Source: an uncultured Acidobacteriota bacterium (GTDB taxonomy: Bacteria; Acidobacteriota; UBA6911; RPQK01; JAPXNP01). Taken from it: a stretch of 64,000 nucleotides of DNA. The stretch lies in contig CAVRSV010000012.1 of the NCBI GenBank assembly GCA_963723965.1, positions 658,675-722,674 of the forward strand, given 5' to 3'. Below are positions 1 to 10,898 of this stretch, one piece after another. Within the stretch, counting starts at the first letter, position 1, and each line of letters starts with the position of its first letter. The notes below the pieces were generated by a model. That model was given only the letters and a program-made list of their open reading frames with translations. It had not been told where the DNA came from and searched no databases. The position numbers and the translations under genes are program-made.

Positions 1-299
1 GTGCCTTCTCCAAACCGGTCGGCGACGTCGTCGAGGGCGCTCCACTGTTTCGGTGTGAGCCGGCCGCCGCCGGGATTCTTGATGCGGACCATGAACTGGT
101 AGGCCTTCTCCCGGCCGCGGACCTGGCGTTCCTTGCGCTGGTCGCGGTCCTCCTGCTGATAGATTCCGTGGAACTTCAGGAGCTGGACGCTCTCCTTGGA
201 GAAGTGACTGGTGTCCTGGGCCAGCTCGCCGGCGATCTCTCCGCGCAGGCCGTGGCTGTTCTCTTTGATCAGTTCGACCTTGGATTGTCGTTTGTTCAT
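1..299 (-). CDS. Sulfite reductase hemoprotein / ferredoxin-sulfite reductase (CysI/Sir-like), 5' part only; runs off window start
   Basis: Manual translation (not in ORF track): MNKRQSKVELIKENSHGLRGEI...QLLKFHGIYQQEDRDQR...YQFMVRIKNPGGGRLTPKQW; KFHGxYQQxDRD and FMxRxxxPGG are typical of the CysI/Sir N-terminus. Confidence 0.85.
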   Translation of the reverse strand, partial: MNKRQSKVELIKENSHGLRGEIAGELAQDTSHFSKESVQLLKFHGIYQQEDRDQRKERQVRGREKAYQFMVRIKNPGGGRLTPKQWSALDDVADRFGEG

Positions 300-337
300 A
301 GCATATTAATTCGATAGGAATTATAGTATTGAAACAA

Positions 338-366
338 AGTGTAGCCTGCCGAAGGAGAGATGTCAA
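338..366 (-). promoter_or_regulatory. Sigma70-type promoter for the sulfite reductase gene
   Basis: Minus strand TTGACA (366-361), 17-nt spacer, TACACT (343-338). Confidence 0.7.
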
Positions 367-477
367 CTTCGCCGCTGCCCCTCTCGAATCGGGGACGACT
401 TCGCTCCGGGAGCGCGGGGCCCCACCGGCACAGGATTGTGAGCCGGCCCGGCACGGGAAGATCCGGGTTGGCGACCT

Positions 478-1701
478 CTAGCTGGCCAGCAGTTGATTGG
501 CCCAGGACACGGCGGCCTGATAGGCCTGGTGGATGCGGCCCGAGTCGAGGCCGAGTCGCGAAATCAGCTCGTCGGCCTCTGCGGTCCGGCCGTCTTCGAG
601 TGCTTCCGCCAGGAGGAGCAACGGCAGGTATTCGTTGTTGGCCTCCCGGCGCAGCGCCCCCTTGAGCTTTTCCTCGACGGGAAGATACTTCACGGCGTCG
701 GCCGTCGGGATCCCCAGCATCACGTCAATCAGGGAGAAGAGTCCGAGCATCTGCAGGCTGTCCGGGTCAAAGCCCCAATAATCGAAGGTCTCTCCGAGCA
801 GCTCCAGGAATCTGCCCCGCTGGGCGGACAGGTAGACGAGCTCGGTTCCATGTGTGCTCTGGCCCATGTCGCTCAGAATGGCGACTCTCAGCCACTGACG
901 CATCCGGGTCCAGCCGAGCAGCGTGATCGCCTGCCGGATCGATTTGATGCTCTGACGGAATCCAAAGGCGGCCGAGTTCAGATATCCGAGCAGACGAAAG
1001 CTGAGCGCGGCGTCCGCCTGCACGGACTCGGCCAGCTTGGGAAAATCGGGGTCGCCCTCCTCGATCAGCGCCATCAGGCGCAGGCGGGCCATCTGGTTCG
1101 ACGTGATCCGGCGTACGGGCACGTCTTCCGGCGACTTGAAGAATGAGCCCTGGAAGAGCTGGAACCCCTGTCGATGAAAGTCCGACCAGAGCGAACGGTC
1201 TCCAATGTCCTCCGCCAGGCGCAATCCGGGGTAGGTGCTCATTCGCGTTGCCAGTTCCGGGGAGGCGGCCGAGCGGGCCGTCGGAAGACACAGCACGTCG
1301 GCGAGCTCGTAGATGCCTTCCCAGCCCGGATCCCCGCTGAATCCTCCGACGGCCAGCAGGTAGCCACTGGATTTCAGCTCCTCCAGTGCGGTCTGTATCT
1401 CCCGCGGCTGAGCCGAGCCTTCATCGACCTTCACGGCGGCCAGGGCCGGCGGCAGTGCATAGGGCAGCTGTTCCAGCACACCCTTTTCGCCAAACGACAC
1501 CATCAGGCGCTTGCCCCGTTCGGAGACCTGCTGCAGGCCGATGTACGCGCTGGACGCCAGGCAGGAAATCGCCTGATCGGTCAGACCGGGATCCTCGGCG
1601 CCGGACCGTGTCTGCAGGCACCGGATGCCGTAGCCCCAGAGCTTCTGCTGATCGTCGAAAATCGGCCTGCGCGCCAGTACGAGCGGGGTTTCCTGATCCA
1701 T
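478..1701 (-). CDS. EAL/HDOD (YuxH-like) signal transduction protein with degenerate EAL domain
   Basis: N-terminal LARRPIFD, C-terminal HDOD motifs (DAALSFRLLGYLNSAAFG, SIRQAITLLG, GLFSLIDVMLG). Confidence 0.8.
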   Translation of the reverse strand: MDQETPLVLARRPIFDDQQKLWGYGIRCLQTRSGAEDPGLTDQAISCLASSAYIGLQQVSERGKRLMVSFGEKGVLEQLPYALPPALAAVKVDEGSAQPREIQTALEELKSSGYLLAVGGFSGDPGWEGIYELADVLCLPTARSAASPELATRMSTYPGLRLAEDIGDRSLWSDFHRQGFQLFQGSFFKSPEDVPVRRITSNQMARLRLMALIEEGDPDFPKLAESVQADAALSFRLLGYLNSAAFGFRQSIKSIRQAITLLGWTRMRQWLRVAILSDMGQSTHGTELVYLSAQRGRFLELLGETFDYWGFDPDSLQMLGLFSLIDVMLGIPTADAVKYLPVEEKLKGALRREANNEYLPLLLLAEALEDGRTAEADELISRLGLDSGRIHQAYQAAVSWANQLLAS

Positions 1702-1745
1702 ATTTCAACCTGTGATTCTTTCCAGCCTCCGGTTCGACTCTGCGA

Positions 1746-4205
1746 TCACTCCAAATCGAGCGCCGAAACGTCCCAGATGCCGTCGGCATACTCGAGGATC
1801 GCACGATCACTCGAGAATCTCCCCATCCGCGCACAGTTCAGAATGGAACGGCGAGCCCATTCGTCGGGATCCCCGTAGAGTCGGCTGACCTCGTCCTGCG
1901 CCAGAACGTAAGCGCGAAAATCCGCCAGGACCTGGAAGAAGTCTCCCCATTCGAGCAGGGACTGAACGATGGGCTGGAAGAGCCGCGGTTGATCGGGAGA
2001 GAAAGCCCCCCCGCCGATCATCTCCAGTACCCGTCTCAGATCCCCGTCTCGATCGTAGAACTCCCGCGAATCGCCTCCTCGCGCACGACGGGCCACAACC
2101 TCGTCGGCCGTCAGCCCGAAAATGAAGATATTCTCCCGTCCCACCTCGTTCATGATCTCGATGTTGGCCCCGTCCAGAGTCCCGATCGTCAATGCCCCGT
2201 TGAGGGCGAACTTCATGTTTCCCGTTCCCGAAGCTTCCATCCCGGCCGTTGAGATCTGCTCCGACAGGTCCGCGGCGGGAATCACCTTCTCGGCTTGAGA
2301 AACGCAGTAGTTGGGGAGGAACAGGATGCGGAGCCGGCCCCGGACGTCGGGGTCCACGTTCACGACGGCGGCGATGGAATTGATGAGTTTGATGATCAGC
2401 TTCGCCTGCCGGTAGGCCGGAGCCGCCTTGCCGGCGAAGACGATGGTGCGCGGGGTGAACTCTGCCTGCGGCGCATCCTTGATCCGGTTGAAAAGGGCCA
2501 CGACGTGCAACGCATTGAGCAATTGCCGCTTGTACTCGTGGATCCGCTTGACCTGGACGTCGAACATCGTATCCGGATTGACTCCCAATCCCATCTTGCG
2601 CAGCACGTAGCGGGCCAGCCGCTGTTTGTTCTCCCGGCGCGCCCGAATCCACCCGTCCCGAAAGGCGGGGTCTTCGGAAAGGGGTCCGAGATCCTGGAGA
2701 CGATCGAGGTCGGTCAGCCAGGTGGGTCCGACCGCTTCCGTGATCAGCAGGGAGAGGGCCGGGTTGGCCTGGCGCAGCCATCGGCGCGGAGTGATCCCGT
2801 TGGTGACGTTGCGGATCCGGCCGGGGAAGATCTCCTCGAAGTCCCGGAAGAGCTCCCGTCGCAGAATGTCCGAGTGCAGGGCGGCAACACCGTTGACGGC
2901 GTGCCCTCCCACGATTGCCAGATGGGCCATCCGCACCCGCTTCGGATTCCCTTCCTGGACCAGAGAGACCCTTCCCAGCCGCTCCGGATCGGACGGAAAG
3001 CGCTCCCGCACGTGATCGAGAAAGCGTTGGTTGATTTCGAAGATGATCTCGAGATGGCGGGGCAGGAGGCGACCCAGGAGATCGACCGACCAGGTTTCGA
3101 GGGCCTCCGGCAGGACCGTGTGATTGGTGTAGCCGAAGGTCCGCTCGCAGATTCGCCAGGCCTCGTCCCAGCCCAGATCCTCCACGTCCATCAGGAGCCG
3201 CATCAACTCGGGGACCGCCAGGGAGGGGTGGGTATCGTTGAGCTGGATCGCGACGAAATCGGGAAAGGACGACCAGTCCTGGTGCTGCTTCCGGAAGCGC
3301 CGCAGGATGTCCTGCAACGTCGCCGAGACGAAGAAATACTGCTGTTTCAGGCGCAGTTCCCTGCCCGGGGCCACCTCGTCGTTCGGGTACAGGACTTTGG
3401 AGATGTTCTCGCTGACGACCTTGGCCTCCACCGCTCCCACATAGTCCCCGAGATTGAACTGAGCCAGGTTGAATTCAAAGCTCGATCGGGCCACCCAGAG
3501 CCGCATGTGCGTCGCATATTCCCCGCCGAATCCCGGGATCAGGATGTCCGACGCCAGGGCCATGACCGAATCGGCATCCACCCAGCGATAGCGAAGCCGG
3601 CCGGCAGAATCCTGATAGGCCTCGGAGCGCCCTCCCAATTGGACGCGATACAACACCTCGGGCCGCTGGATCTCCCAGGGAGAGCCCTGGCGCATCCAGT
3701 TGTCGCATTCCTCCTGCTGGTAGCCGTCGACGAGCTTCTGGTGGAAGATGCCAAAATCGTACCGGATGCCGTAGCCATAACCGGGAAGCTGCAGGGTCGC
3801 CATCGAATCCAGAAAGCAGGAGGCCAGCCGTCCGAGCCCCCCGTTCCCCAGTCCGGCGTCCCACTCCTCTTCTTCGATGTCCTCGAGATCCCAGCCGAGG
3901 CCGGACAGAGCGACGTTGGCCTCCTCTTCCATGCCCAGACAGAGCAGATAATTGCGCAGGAACCGTCCCGGCAGGAACTCCAGAGACAGGTAGTAAGCCC
4001 GCTTGACGAGGAGTTCGTAGCAGCTGCGCTGCGTCTCCAGCCAGCGCTCGATCAATCGGTCCCGCACCGCATACGCGAGAGCCTGGAACATCGAAGGTCG
4101 CTCTGCCAGGTCCGGGTCGATACCCAGCGTGGACTGGAGGTGCCGGACAATACTCTCCCGGAGTACCTGTCCCTGCCTCAGCTTCGCTTTCGGTGTCGCG
4201 CTCAT
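1746..4205 (-). CDS. glgP: Glycogen/maltodextrin phosphorylase
   Basis: GLGNGGLGRLASCFLDS, QLNDTHP, KRIHEYKRQ, EASGTGNMKF (PLP lysine); start placed at ATG 4205 (MSATPK). Confidence 0.95.
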   Translation of the reverse strand: MSATPKAKLRQGQVLRESIVRHLQSTLGIDPDLAERPSMFQALAYAVRDRLIERWLETQRSCYELLVKRAYYLSLEFLPGRFLRNYLLCLGMEEEANVALSGLGWDLEDIEEEEWDAGLGNGGLGRLASCFLDSMATLQLPGYGYGIRYDFGIFHQKLVDGYQQEECDNWMRQGSPWEIQRPEVLYRVQLGGRSEAYQDSAGRLRYRWVDADSVMALASDILIPGFGGEYATHMRLWVARSSFEFNLAQFNLGDYVGAVEAKVVSENISKVLYPNDEVAPGRELRLKQQYFFVSATLQDILRRFRKQHQDWSSFPDFVAIQLNDTHPSLAVPELMRLLMDVEDLGWDEAWRICERTFGYTNHTVLPEALETWSVDLLGRLLPRHLEIIFEINQRFLDHVRERFPSDPERLGRVSLVQEGNPKRVRMAHLAIVGGHAVNGVAALHSDILRRELFRDFEEIFPGRIRNVTNGITPRRWLRQANPALSLLITEAVGPTWLTDLDRLQDLGPLSEDPAFRDGWIRARRENKQRLARYVLRKMGLGVNPDTMFDVQVKRIHEYKRQLLNALHVVALFNRIKDAPQAEFTPRTIVFAGKAAPAYRQAKLIIKLINSIAAVVNVDPDVRGRLRILFLPNYCVSQAEKVIPAADLSEQISTAGMEASGTGNMKFALNGALTIGTLDGANIEIMNEVGRENIFIFGLTADEVVARRARGGDSREFYDRDGDLRRVLEMIGGGAFSPDQPRLFQPIVQSLLEWGDFFQVLADFRAYVLAQDEVSRLYGDPDEWARRSILNCARMGRFSSDRAILEYADGIWDVSALDLE

Positions 4206-4410
4206 AAGCCAGCCCTTTATATCGGTCCGCGACCGGACAGGACTTAGGGACGACCGGGAAAGTTCCGTGTTCCGAGGGCCGAGTTCCGAGCTCCAAGGTT
4301 CCGCGGGGGTGTGGCCCAAATGGCGGCAGCCTCGCACCGGTCACGCCCGCCCCGCTGAGCAGGGCTTGGACAGCTTGATCTCAAGCCAAGCCGTCGCCCC
4401 CAAGAACCCC

Positions 4411-4447
4411 CTTTGCGGCGTTGCGTACTTCGCGCCTTTGCGTGAAA
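4411..4447. repeat. Short intergenic tandem repeat (CTTTGCG/CTTCGCG type)
   Basis: ctttgcggcgttgcgtacttcgcgcctttgcgtgaaa. Confidence 0.45.
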
Positions 4448-4600
4448 CCGGACCGCCGAGCCCCCTCGCGCCCGCCGAACCCCGGCCAATCGATTTCCAC
4501 GCGAAGTCGCCAGGTACGCCGCCGCCTTCGCTTACCCGCCACCGTGCAGCCCGTCTCCGGAACCCACACGGCCGCACCGCAATTCGGAAATCGGAAATCC

Positions 4601-6802
4601 CTACAGGTTTTCCTCGACGAACCGCGTCATCAGCGTGCGCAACTGATAGACCTGGAAGGGGTCCCTCACTCCGTGGCGCGCTCCCGGGTAGAACATCATC
4701 TCGAAGCTCTTGCCCGCTTTCTGGAGACGATCCATCAACTGAATGGAGTTCTGCGTATGGACGTTGTCGTCCGTCGTTCCGTGCAGCAGCAGAAGCCGGC
4801 CCTGAAGCCGATCGGCGGCGAGGACGACGGAACTCTTGCGATACCCTTCCGGATTGGCACCGGGCAACCCCATGTAGCGCTCCGTGTAGATACTGTCGTA
4901 CAAATGCCAGTCGGTGACCGGGGCGCCGGCCATGCCCAGCTTGAACAGCCCGCTGTGGGTCAGGGAGTAGGCCGTCATGAACCCACCGTAGCTCCAGCCC
5001 CAGAGCCCCACCCTCGATCCATCGATGAAGCTCTGACCGGTCAGCCAGGCGACTGCATCTTCCAGATCCCGCAACTCCACCTCACCCAGATTGTGGTAGA
5101 CGTTCCAGGCAGGTCGGACTCCCTTTCCCGAAGCCGAGCGATTGTCGCATAGAAAGATGAGATAGCCCTTTTCGGCCAACATCTGATGCCACAGATAGGT
5201 CTTTCCACCCCAGCGGTTGCGGACGGTGGGAGACTGCGGTCCCCCGTAGACGTAGATGAGGACCGGATAGCGCCGGGCCGGATCGAATCCCGTGGGCTTG
5301 ATCCACATGGCCTCCATCGGAAATCCGTCCCGGGCCGGAACCTGAAAGAACTCGACCGCCCCGAGTTCGTAGTCCGACAAGGCCGATTCCGGGTTGTCCT
5401 GGATCTCCCGAACCCTGTTGCCGCTCGTATCGTCCAGCCAGACCCGAGGAGGGTGGGAGACATCGCTCCAGGTGTCGAGGAAAAGGCTGGCGGGAGGATT
5501 CAGGCGAATCGAATGGGTTCCCTCCCGAGGGGTCAGACATTCCACGCCCGATCCGTCGAGGCGGATCCGATACAGCTGGACATCGACGGCGCGATCCCGG
5601 CCCGCCGTGAAGTAGACCCAGCCGTTCCCACTGTCGACTCCCGCGACGGAATCCACGTCCCAATCGCCGGAGGTCAGCTGCCCCAGTAGTTCGCCGTCCG
5701 ATGAATAATGGTAGAGGTGGCGGTAGCCGTCGCGTTCGCTCTCCCAGACGAAGGAGCCATCCTCGAGCCAGACGGGCTCCCCGAGAGCACTGACCCAGGC
5801 CGGGGTCGTCTCCCGCAGCAATCGCCGCGAGCTTCCATCGGAGGGCCGGATTTCCACGAGATCGAGCCAGGTCTGTTCCCGGTTCTGGATCTGCACCAGC
5901 AGCCGATCCGCGCCCGGTCCCCAAGTCACCCGTACCACCAGGATCTGCTCCCGGTCGTAGGCCGACAGGTTTGCCCAGCGAAGGACCCCGTCGGCGGCAG
6001 AGACCAGACCGAGGCGCACGCCGGGATTGGGATCGCCGGCCTTGGGATAGAGCTGCGACTCGATCTTCTGTTCGTTCTGCATGTTGTTGACGATGGTGAA
6101 GCGGGGGACGGAGGATTCTTCGAGCTGGAGGAAGGCAATCCGCGCCGAATCGGGGCTCCACCAGTGACCGACGAAATCGCCCCGGCCGTACACCTCTTCC
6201 TGGTAGACCCAGTCGAGCTTCCCGTTGAACCGCTGCGGACCTCCGTCGACAGTCAGGCGGCGTGTGTAGCCACCATCCGTCGAGACCACGAACAGGTCCG
6301 ATCCCCCGACGAAGGAGACCAGCCTGCCGGAGGGGGCGATGGTGGGCACTTCCTCGGGTCGCGAATCCGCCGTCAGTCGATGGGCGACCCCGCCCTTCAG
6401 ATCGTAGAAATAGAGATCCCGCCTCCAGTCGATGAGCAGCCCCCCCTCGTCGGGACTCAGCGTGAACGTCCCTTCCGTCAACAGCGTCTTCGTGTCGGCC
6501 GCGTCAAAGCCGGGCAGAGCCTCGAAGCCCGCCTCGAGGGCGGATGTGTCGTAGAGAGGTTCGCTGGCTCCGGACCGGGCGTCGACTCGGTTGTAGCGCC
6601 CGTTCCCTGTCTTCTCGAGGTAATGGAGCCCGTCGCGGAGCCACTGGCGACTCCGGATCGACGGTCCGTCGAAATCGACGGCGGCGTTGGGACTGTAGAT
6701 CTCATCCAGGTTCAAATGGCGGTTCTGCGCCGAGGCGCTGCTCCAGTTTAGAACCCAGGCCAAAGCGAATACGAGAACGGATCGTAACATCGCCGTAATC
6801 AT
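4601..6802 (-). CDS. Dipeptidyl peptidase IV-like S9 serine peptidase, secreted
   Basis: Signal peptide, DWVYQEE, YPKAG, GWSYGG nucleophile, HGTTDDNVH, C-terminal His. Confidence 0.93.
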   Translation of the reverse strand: MITAMLRSVLVFALAWVLNWSSASAQNRHLNLDEIYSPNAAVDFDGPSIRSRQWLRDGLHYLEKTGNGRYNRVDARSGASEPLYDTSALEAGFEALPGFDAADTKTLLTEGTFTLSPDEGGLLIDWRRDLYFYDLKGGVAHRLTADSRPEEVPTIAPSGRLVSFVGGSDLFVVSTDGGYTRRLTVDGGPQRFNGKLDWVYQEEVYGRGDFVGHWWSPDSARIAFLQLEESSVPRFTIVNNMQNEQKIESQLYPKAGDPNPGVRLGLVSAADGVLRWANLSAYDREQILVVRVTWGPGADRLLVQIQNREQTWLDLVEIRPSDGSSRRLLRETTPAWVSALGEPVWLEDGSFVWESERDGYRHLYHYSSDGELLGQLTSGDWDVDSVAGVDSGNGWVYFTAGRDRAVDVQLYRIRLDGSGVECLTPREGTHSIRLNPPASLFLDTWSDVSHPPRVWLDDTSGNRVREIQDNPESALSDYELGAVEFFQVPARDGFPMEAMWIKPTGFDPARRYPVLIYVYGGPQSPTVRNRWGGKTYLWHQMLAEKGYLIFLCDNRSASGKGVRPAWNVYHNLGEVELRDLEDAVAWLTGQSFIDGSRVGLWGWSYGGFMTAYSLTHSGLFKLGMAGAPVTDWHLYDSIYTERYMGLPGANPEGYRKSSVVLAADRLQGRLLLLHGTTDDNVHTQNSIQLMDRLQKAGKSFEMMFYPGARHGVRDPFQVYQLRTLMTRFVEENL

Positions 6803-6835
6803 AGCAGGCGGGAGGAACGACCTGTCGATCTGCTG

Positions 6836-6900
6836 TTTTCGATTTCCGATTTTCAGTTATTTGCAGAAATCGTCCATCGGAAATCGAAAATCGGAAATCC
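6836..6900. repeat. Heptamer (AAATCGG/AAATCGA) repeat element with 15-bp perfect inverted repeat
   Basis: ttttcgatttccgat (6836-6850) / atcggaaatcgaaaa (6876-6890). Confidence 0.7.
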
Positions 6901-7006
6901 CAGACTCCGTTCGTCTGGCTTCTTCCGCGCGAAGCGGGTAGACTCCGCCAAAACGGCGAATAAATCCGCCTCGCTCTGCGTAGCTTAACCCGAAGGAGGA
7001 CATGGA

Positions 7007-7744
7007 ATGGAAAACGAATCGGCCCCTGTCCCGGAGACTCCCCAGCCGAAGGGAGCCCTGTGGCGTCTTCAGGGGATTTTCTTCGAGCCGTCGGCGACCT
7101 TTGAGGACATCAATCTCAAACCCGGCTTCATCGTCCCGCTCGCCGTGAGCATTCTGATCACCCTCATCGTGTGGCAGGTGATTCCCCACCTCGTCGATCT
7201 CCAGGAGCTGTTTCTGGCCCAGGCGAGAAACAATCCCCAGGTGGCGAATCTCTCGGACGACCAGATCAAGGCAGGTCTGGGGTTTCAGGTGATGATCATC
7301 AAGTACTTCGTCCCGTTGCTGATTCCGATCATGGCTCTGATCTTCGCCGGGGTCTTTCTGCTGATGGTCTCGATCTCGGGCAGCGAGACCACGTTCTCCC
7401 GCGTTTTCAGTGTCGTTTCGCAGACTTTCTTCTTCCAGAGCCTCATCGGCGGCATCCTGCTCGTGATCGTGTTCGTCCTGGCAAAGGACCCTTACGCGAT
7501 CAACCTGCAGAATCCGATCTTCACCAACCTCGGCCCTCTGGTCGACGCCAAGGCCTCGCCGGTTCTGTACAAGCTGGCCTCGTCGGTCGACATACTCAAT
7601 TTCTATGTGATCTACCTTCTGGGGTTGGGGATTTCGAAGGTTTCGAGGCGAATGTCCGTCGGAAAAGGCGTGATGATGGTGGTGATCCCTTACCTGATCT
7701 ACCTGGCGATCTCAGTCGGAATCACGGCCGTGATGGCAGGGTAA
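7007..7744 (+). CDS. Yip1-family membrane protein
   Basis: GIFFEPSATFEDI N-terminal motif, several TM helices, RBS aaggagga. Confidence 0.75.
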   Translation: MENESAPVPETPQPKGALWRLQGIFFEPSATFEDINLKPGFIVPLAVSILITLIVWQVIPHLVDLQELFLAQARNNPQVANLSDDQIKAGLGFQVMIIKYFVPLLIPIMALIFAGVFLLMVSISGSETTFSRVFSVVSQTFFFQSLIGGILLVIVFVLAKDPYAINLQNPIFTNLGPLVDAKASPVLYKLASSVDILNFYVIYLLGLGISKVSRRMSVGKGVMMVVIPYLIYLAISVGITAVMAG

Positions 7745-7978
7745 GCGGAATGGGCGGACCTCGAACCGACGCGACATGAGGAATGTCCCGGATGAGCGAA
7801 TTCACGGCGGCCGCGTCTCACGCCCGCCAAGTCCACCGAGGGGCTCCCAGGCACAGAACACCTCGGCACACTTGGCGATTCTGGGTGAGATCGAGCCGCC
7901 GAGGCCCGACTGACGTGGCGGGGGCGGCCGATCCAAGGCCGGGGCCATCCGGCCTGCGCGCCCCCGGAAATCGAGATT

Positions 7979-8566
7979 CTACTCTTCGGGCTTCTCTTCG
8001 GCGGCCTTCTTCTTCCGGGTGGCCGGTTTGCGCGGTTTCTTTGCCGCCGGCTCTGCAGCGGCGGCCTTCTTGCGGGCCGCGGGCTTTGATTTCTTCTCTT
8101 CGGCCGGCGTAGCCGCTGCGGCGGCTTCCCCGGTCTCGTCCTTCTTCTTGGACTTCTTCGCCGAAGCTTTCTTCTTGGCGGCGGCCTTCTTGGCTGCCTC
8201 GGCCCGCGATTCGGCGTCGACGAATTCGAGCAGCGCAACCTCCGCAGCGTCGCCGGGCCGCAGGCCCAGGCGCAGAATGCGCGTGTAGCCTCCGGCTCGG
8301 TCGGCAAATCGGGGCGCCAGCGAGTCGAACAGCTTGAACACCACCGACTTCTTGCGCAAGAAAGCCAGTGCCTGCCGGCGGGCGTGCAGGCTGTCCCGCT
8401 TGCCCAGAGTGATCATCTTCTCCGCGACCGGACGCAACTCCTTGGCCTTGGGCACGGTCGTAATGATCTTCTCGTTTTCGAAAAACTCCGTGACCATCGT
8501 CCGCATCAGCGCTTTGCGGTGACTCGACGTTCTTCCGAGCCTGCGCCCGGCCCTGCGATGTCGCAT
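7979..8566 (-). CDS. rplQ: 50S ribosomal protein L17 with Lys/Ala-rich C-terminal extension
   Basis: [20 protein letters not shown]; GGYTRI. Confidence 0.97.
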   Translation of the reverse strand: MRHRRAGRRLGRTSSHRKALMRTMVTEFFENEKIITTVPKAKELRPVAEKMITLGKRDSLHARRQALAFLRKKSVVFKLFDSLAPRFADRAGGYTRILRLGLRPGDAAEVALLEFVDAESRAEAAKKAAAKKKASAKKSKKKDETGEAAAAATPAEEKKSKPAARKKAAAAEPAAKKPRKPATRKKKAAEEKPEE

Positions 8567-8666
8567 GATTTCCTCCGCCTATTTCCTCTGAAAGCCCCAG
8601 CGGGGCTCCCCATTGTCCTCTCGCGGTCCCTGCGTGAACCGAAACCCGGGAAGGGCCGGGTCGCTG

Positions 8667-9656
8667 CTACGCGTCCGCCCGCTGGCCGATGATGCGGCCC
8701 TTGTCGTCCAGCTTCATGCCAAACGACAGGCCCATGTCCGCCAGGATTTCTTTGATCTCGTTCAACGATTTGCGGCCAAAGTTCTTGGTCTTCAGCATCT
8801 CCGCTTCAGTCCGCATGACCAGTTCGCCGATGGTCTGGATGTTGGCATTCTTCAGACAGTTGTACGAACGCACGGAGAGCTCGAGCTCCTCGATCGACTT
8901 GCTCAGGTTCTCGTTGACCGCGCTCATTTCGTCTCCCCCGGCCCGGTCCCTCTCCTCGGAGTCCTCCTCGAAGTTGATGAAGATATACAGGTGGTCCTTG
9001 AGGATCTTCGAGGCCTTGGCCACCGCATCCTGGGGGCGAGTGCTTCCGTCGGTCCAGACTTCCAGATTGAGCCGGTCATAGTCAGTCGAGTGACCGAGTC
9101 GGGCGGCTTCGACCCAGAAGTTCACTTTGCGAATGGGGGAATGGACGGAATCGACCGGAATGTACCCGATACCGAGATCCTCGTCGAAATTCTCGTCCGC
9201 CGAAGTATAGCCGCGCCCTGGCTTGACCCTGACTTCGAGGCGGAAGTCGACAGGCTCGTTGATCGTGGCGATGTGAATGTTCTTGTCCAGGATCTCGACG
9301 TCCGGGTCCGGCTTGAGGTCCCCCGATGTCACATCGCCGGCCTCACCGAGCCGCTCGAGGTAGAGCGTTTTCGGATGATCGACATGCAGCTTCATCGGGA
9401 TCTGCTTGAGGCTCATGATGATGTCGGTCACATCCTCACGAACTCCCGGTATCGATGAAAACTCGTGGAGTACGCCATCGATCTTGACGGCGGTAATCGC
9501 CGCCCCCTCGATGGAAGACAGGAGGATTCGACGCAGCGCATTGCCGATCGTCGTACCGAAACCCCGCTCAAACGGATGGGCGTAGAAATGCCCGTAGGTG
9601 CCGGTGAGAGTCTCCGTCTCGCACGCCAGTCGCTTTGGTTTCTGGAAACCTTTCAT
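8667..9656 (-). CDS. rpoA: RNA polymerase alpha subunit
   Basis: [21 protein letters not shown]; [11 protein letters not shown]; [10 protein letters not shown]. Confidence 0.98.
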   Translation of the reverse strand: MKGFQKPKRLACETETLTGTYGHFYAHPFERGFGTTIGNALRRILLSSIEGAAITAVKIDGVLHEFSSIPGVREDVTDIIMSLKQIPMKLHVDHPKTLYLERLGEAGDVTSGDLKPDPDVEILDKNIHIATINEPVDFRLEVRVKPGRGYTSADENFDEDLGIGYIPVDSVHSPIRKVNFWVEAARLGHSTDYDRLNLEVWTDGSTRPQDAVAKASKILKDHLYIFINFEEDSEERDRAGGDEMSAVNENLSKSIEELELSVRSYNCLKNANIQTIGELVMRTEAEMLKTKNFGRKSLNEIKEILADMGLSFGMKLDDKGRIIGQRADA

Positions 9657-9734
9657 AGGAGCAATCTCCGTTTTTCTTCTCTAGGAGCCGATGGATGATG
9701 CCTGCGGCCCAACGGCCGGACCGATGACGGCCCA

Positions 9735-10370
9735 CTATTTCGAGTACAACTCGACGATGAGCTGTTCCTCGATGGGAATCTTGATTTCTTCGCGGTTCGG
9801 CAGCTCCAGAACCCGACCGGTGAAATTCTCCCGGTCCAGGGTCAACCAGGCCGGCACTCCCCGTCCCGCCACGTCTTCCATGGCCGCGATGATCAGGGGG
9901 TTCTTACGGCTCTTCTGCCGGACCTCCACCTCATCCCCCACCTTCAGAAGGTACGACGGGATCGTGACCTTGCGCCCGTTGACGCGGATGTGACCATGGC
10001 GAACGAGCTGTCGCGCCTGGTTGCGCGAAGCGCCGAAGCCCAGCCGATAGACGACGCTGTCCAGTCGCCGCTCGAGCATCTGCAGGAGCATTTCGCCCGT
10101 GACGCCCTTTCTGCGGGACGCCTTCTGGAAATACTGGCGAAACTGTCTTTCCTGGACGCCGTAGCTCCGCTTGGTCTTCTGCTTTTCCCGAAGCTGCTGA
10201 CCGTAGCCGAGCACCTGGCGACGGCGGAAAAAGGTGCGGCCATGCTCTCCTGGAAAGTAATTCCGTTTCTCGATGGCGCACTTGTCCGTAAAGCAGCGCT
10301 GCCCCTTGAGGAACAGCTTCGTCCCTTCGCGCCTGCACAAACGACATACCGGGCCCGTATACCTAGCCAA
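9735..10370 (-). CDS. rpsD: 30S ribosomal protein S4
   Basis: [16 protein letters not shown]; [11 protein letters not shown]; IVELYSK; TTG start. Confidence 0.98.
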   Translation of the reverse strand: MARYTGPVCRLCRREGTKLFLKGQRCFTDKCAIEKRNYFPGEHGRTFFRRRQVLGYGQQLREKQKTKRSYGVQERQFRQYFQKASRRKGVTGEMLLQMLERRLDSVVYRLGFGASRNQARQLVRHGHIRVNGRKVTIPSYLLKVGDEVEVRQKSRKNPLIIAAMEDVAGRGVPAWLTLDRENFTGRVLELPNREEIKIPIEEQLIVELYSK

Positions 10371-10463
10371 TCCTTATCCTCCCGACGACGGCCGGAAGCC
10401 GTCGCTCCGCTTCTCGTTCAATTCCTCTGCTCCGCATCTTCTCCATTCGCCGGCCGTCCCCCA

Positions 10464-10874
10464 TCAGACCCGTCGCCGCTTGGGCGGTCTGCAACCGTTG
10501 TGGGGAATGGGCGTCACGTCCTTGATCGACCGCACTTCGAGGCCTGCGGCCTGAAGCGACCGGATGGCCGCCTCGCGACCCGCTCCCGGCCCCTTGACGC
10601 GAACGTCGCAGTATTTCATGCCATACATGTCGCGAGCCGCGGCCGCCGCGGAGTGGGCCGCCTGAGAGGCTGCGAAGGGCGTGCTCTTGCGGCTGCCCTT
10701 GAAACCCTGGCCTCCCGCGCTGGCCTGGGACAGCACGTTCCCTTCGAGGTCACTGATCGTGATCAGCGTATTGTTGAAGGTCGCCTGAATGTGGGCGATG
10801 CCGTGCGAAATGACCTTTCGCTCGCGCTTCTTGGTCGTGGTCTTCTTCTTCGTACCCTTCACACCTTTAGCCAT
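10464..10874 (-). CDS. rpsK: 30S ribosomal protein S11
   Basis: ATFNNT; [13 protein letters not shown]; [15 protein letters not shown]. Confidence 0.98.
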   Translation of the reverse strand: MAKGVKGTKKKTTTKKRERKVISHGIAHIQATFNNTLITISDLEGNVLSQASAGGQGFKGSRKSTPFAASQAAHSAAAAARDMYGMKYCDVRVKGPGAGREAAIRSLQAAGLEVRSIKDVTPIPHNGCRPPKRRRV

Positions 10875-10898
10875 AATTACCTCTTCAGATCTTCAGCC

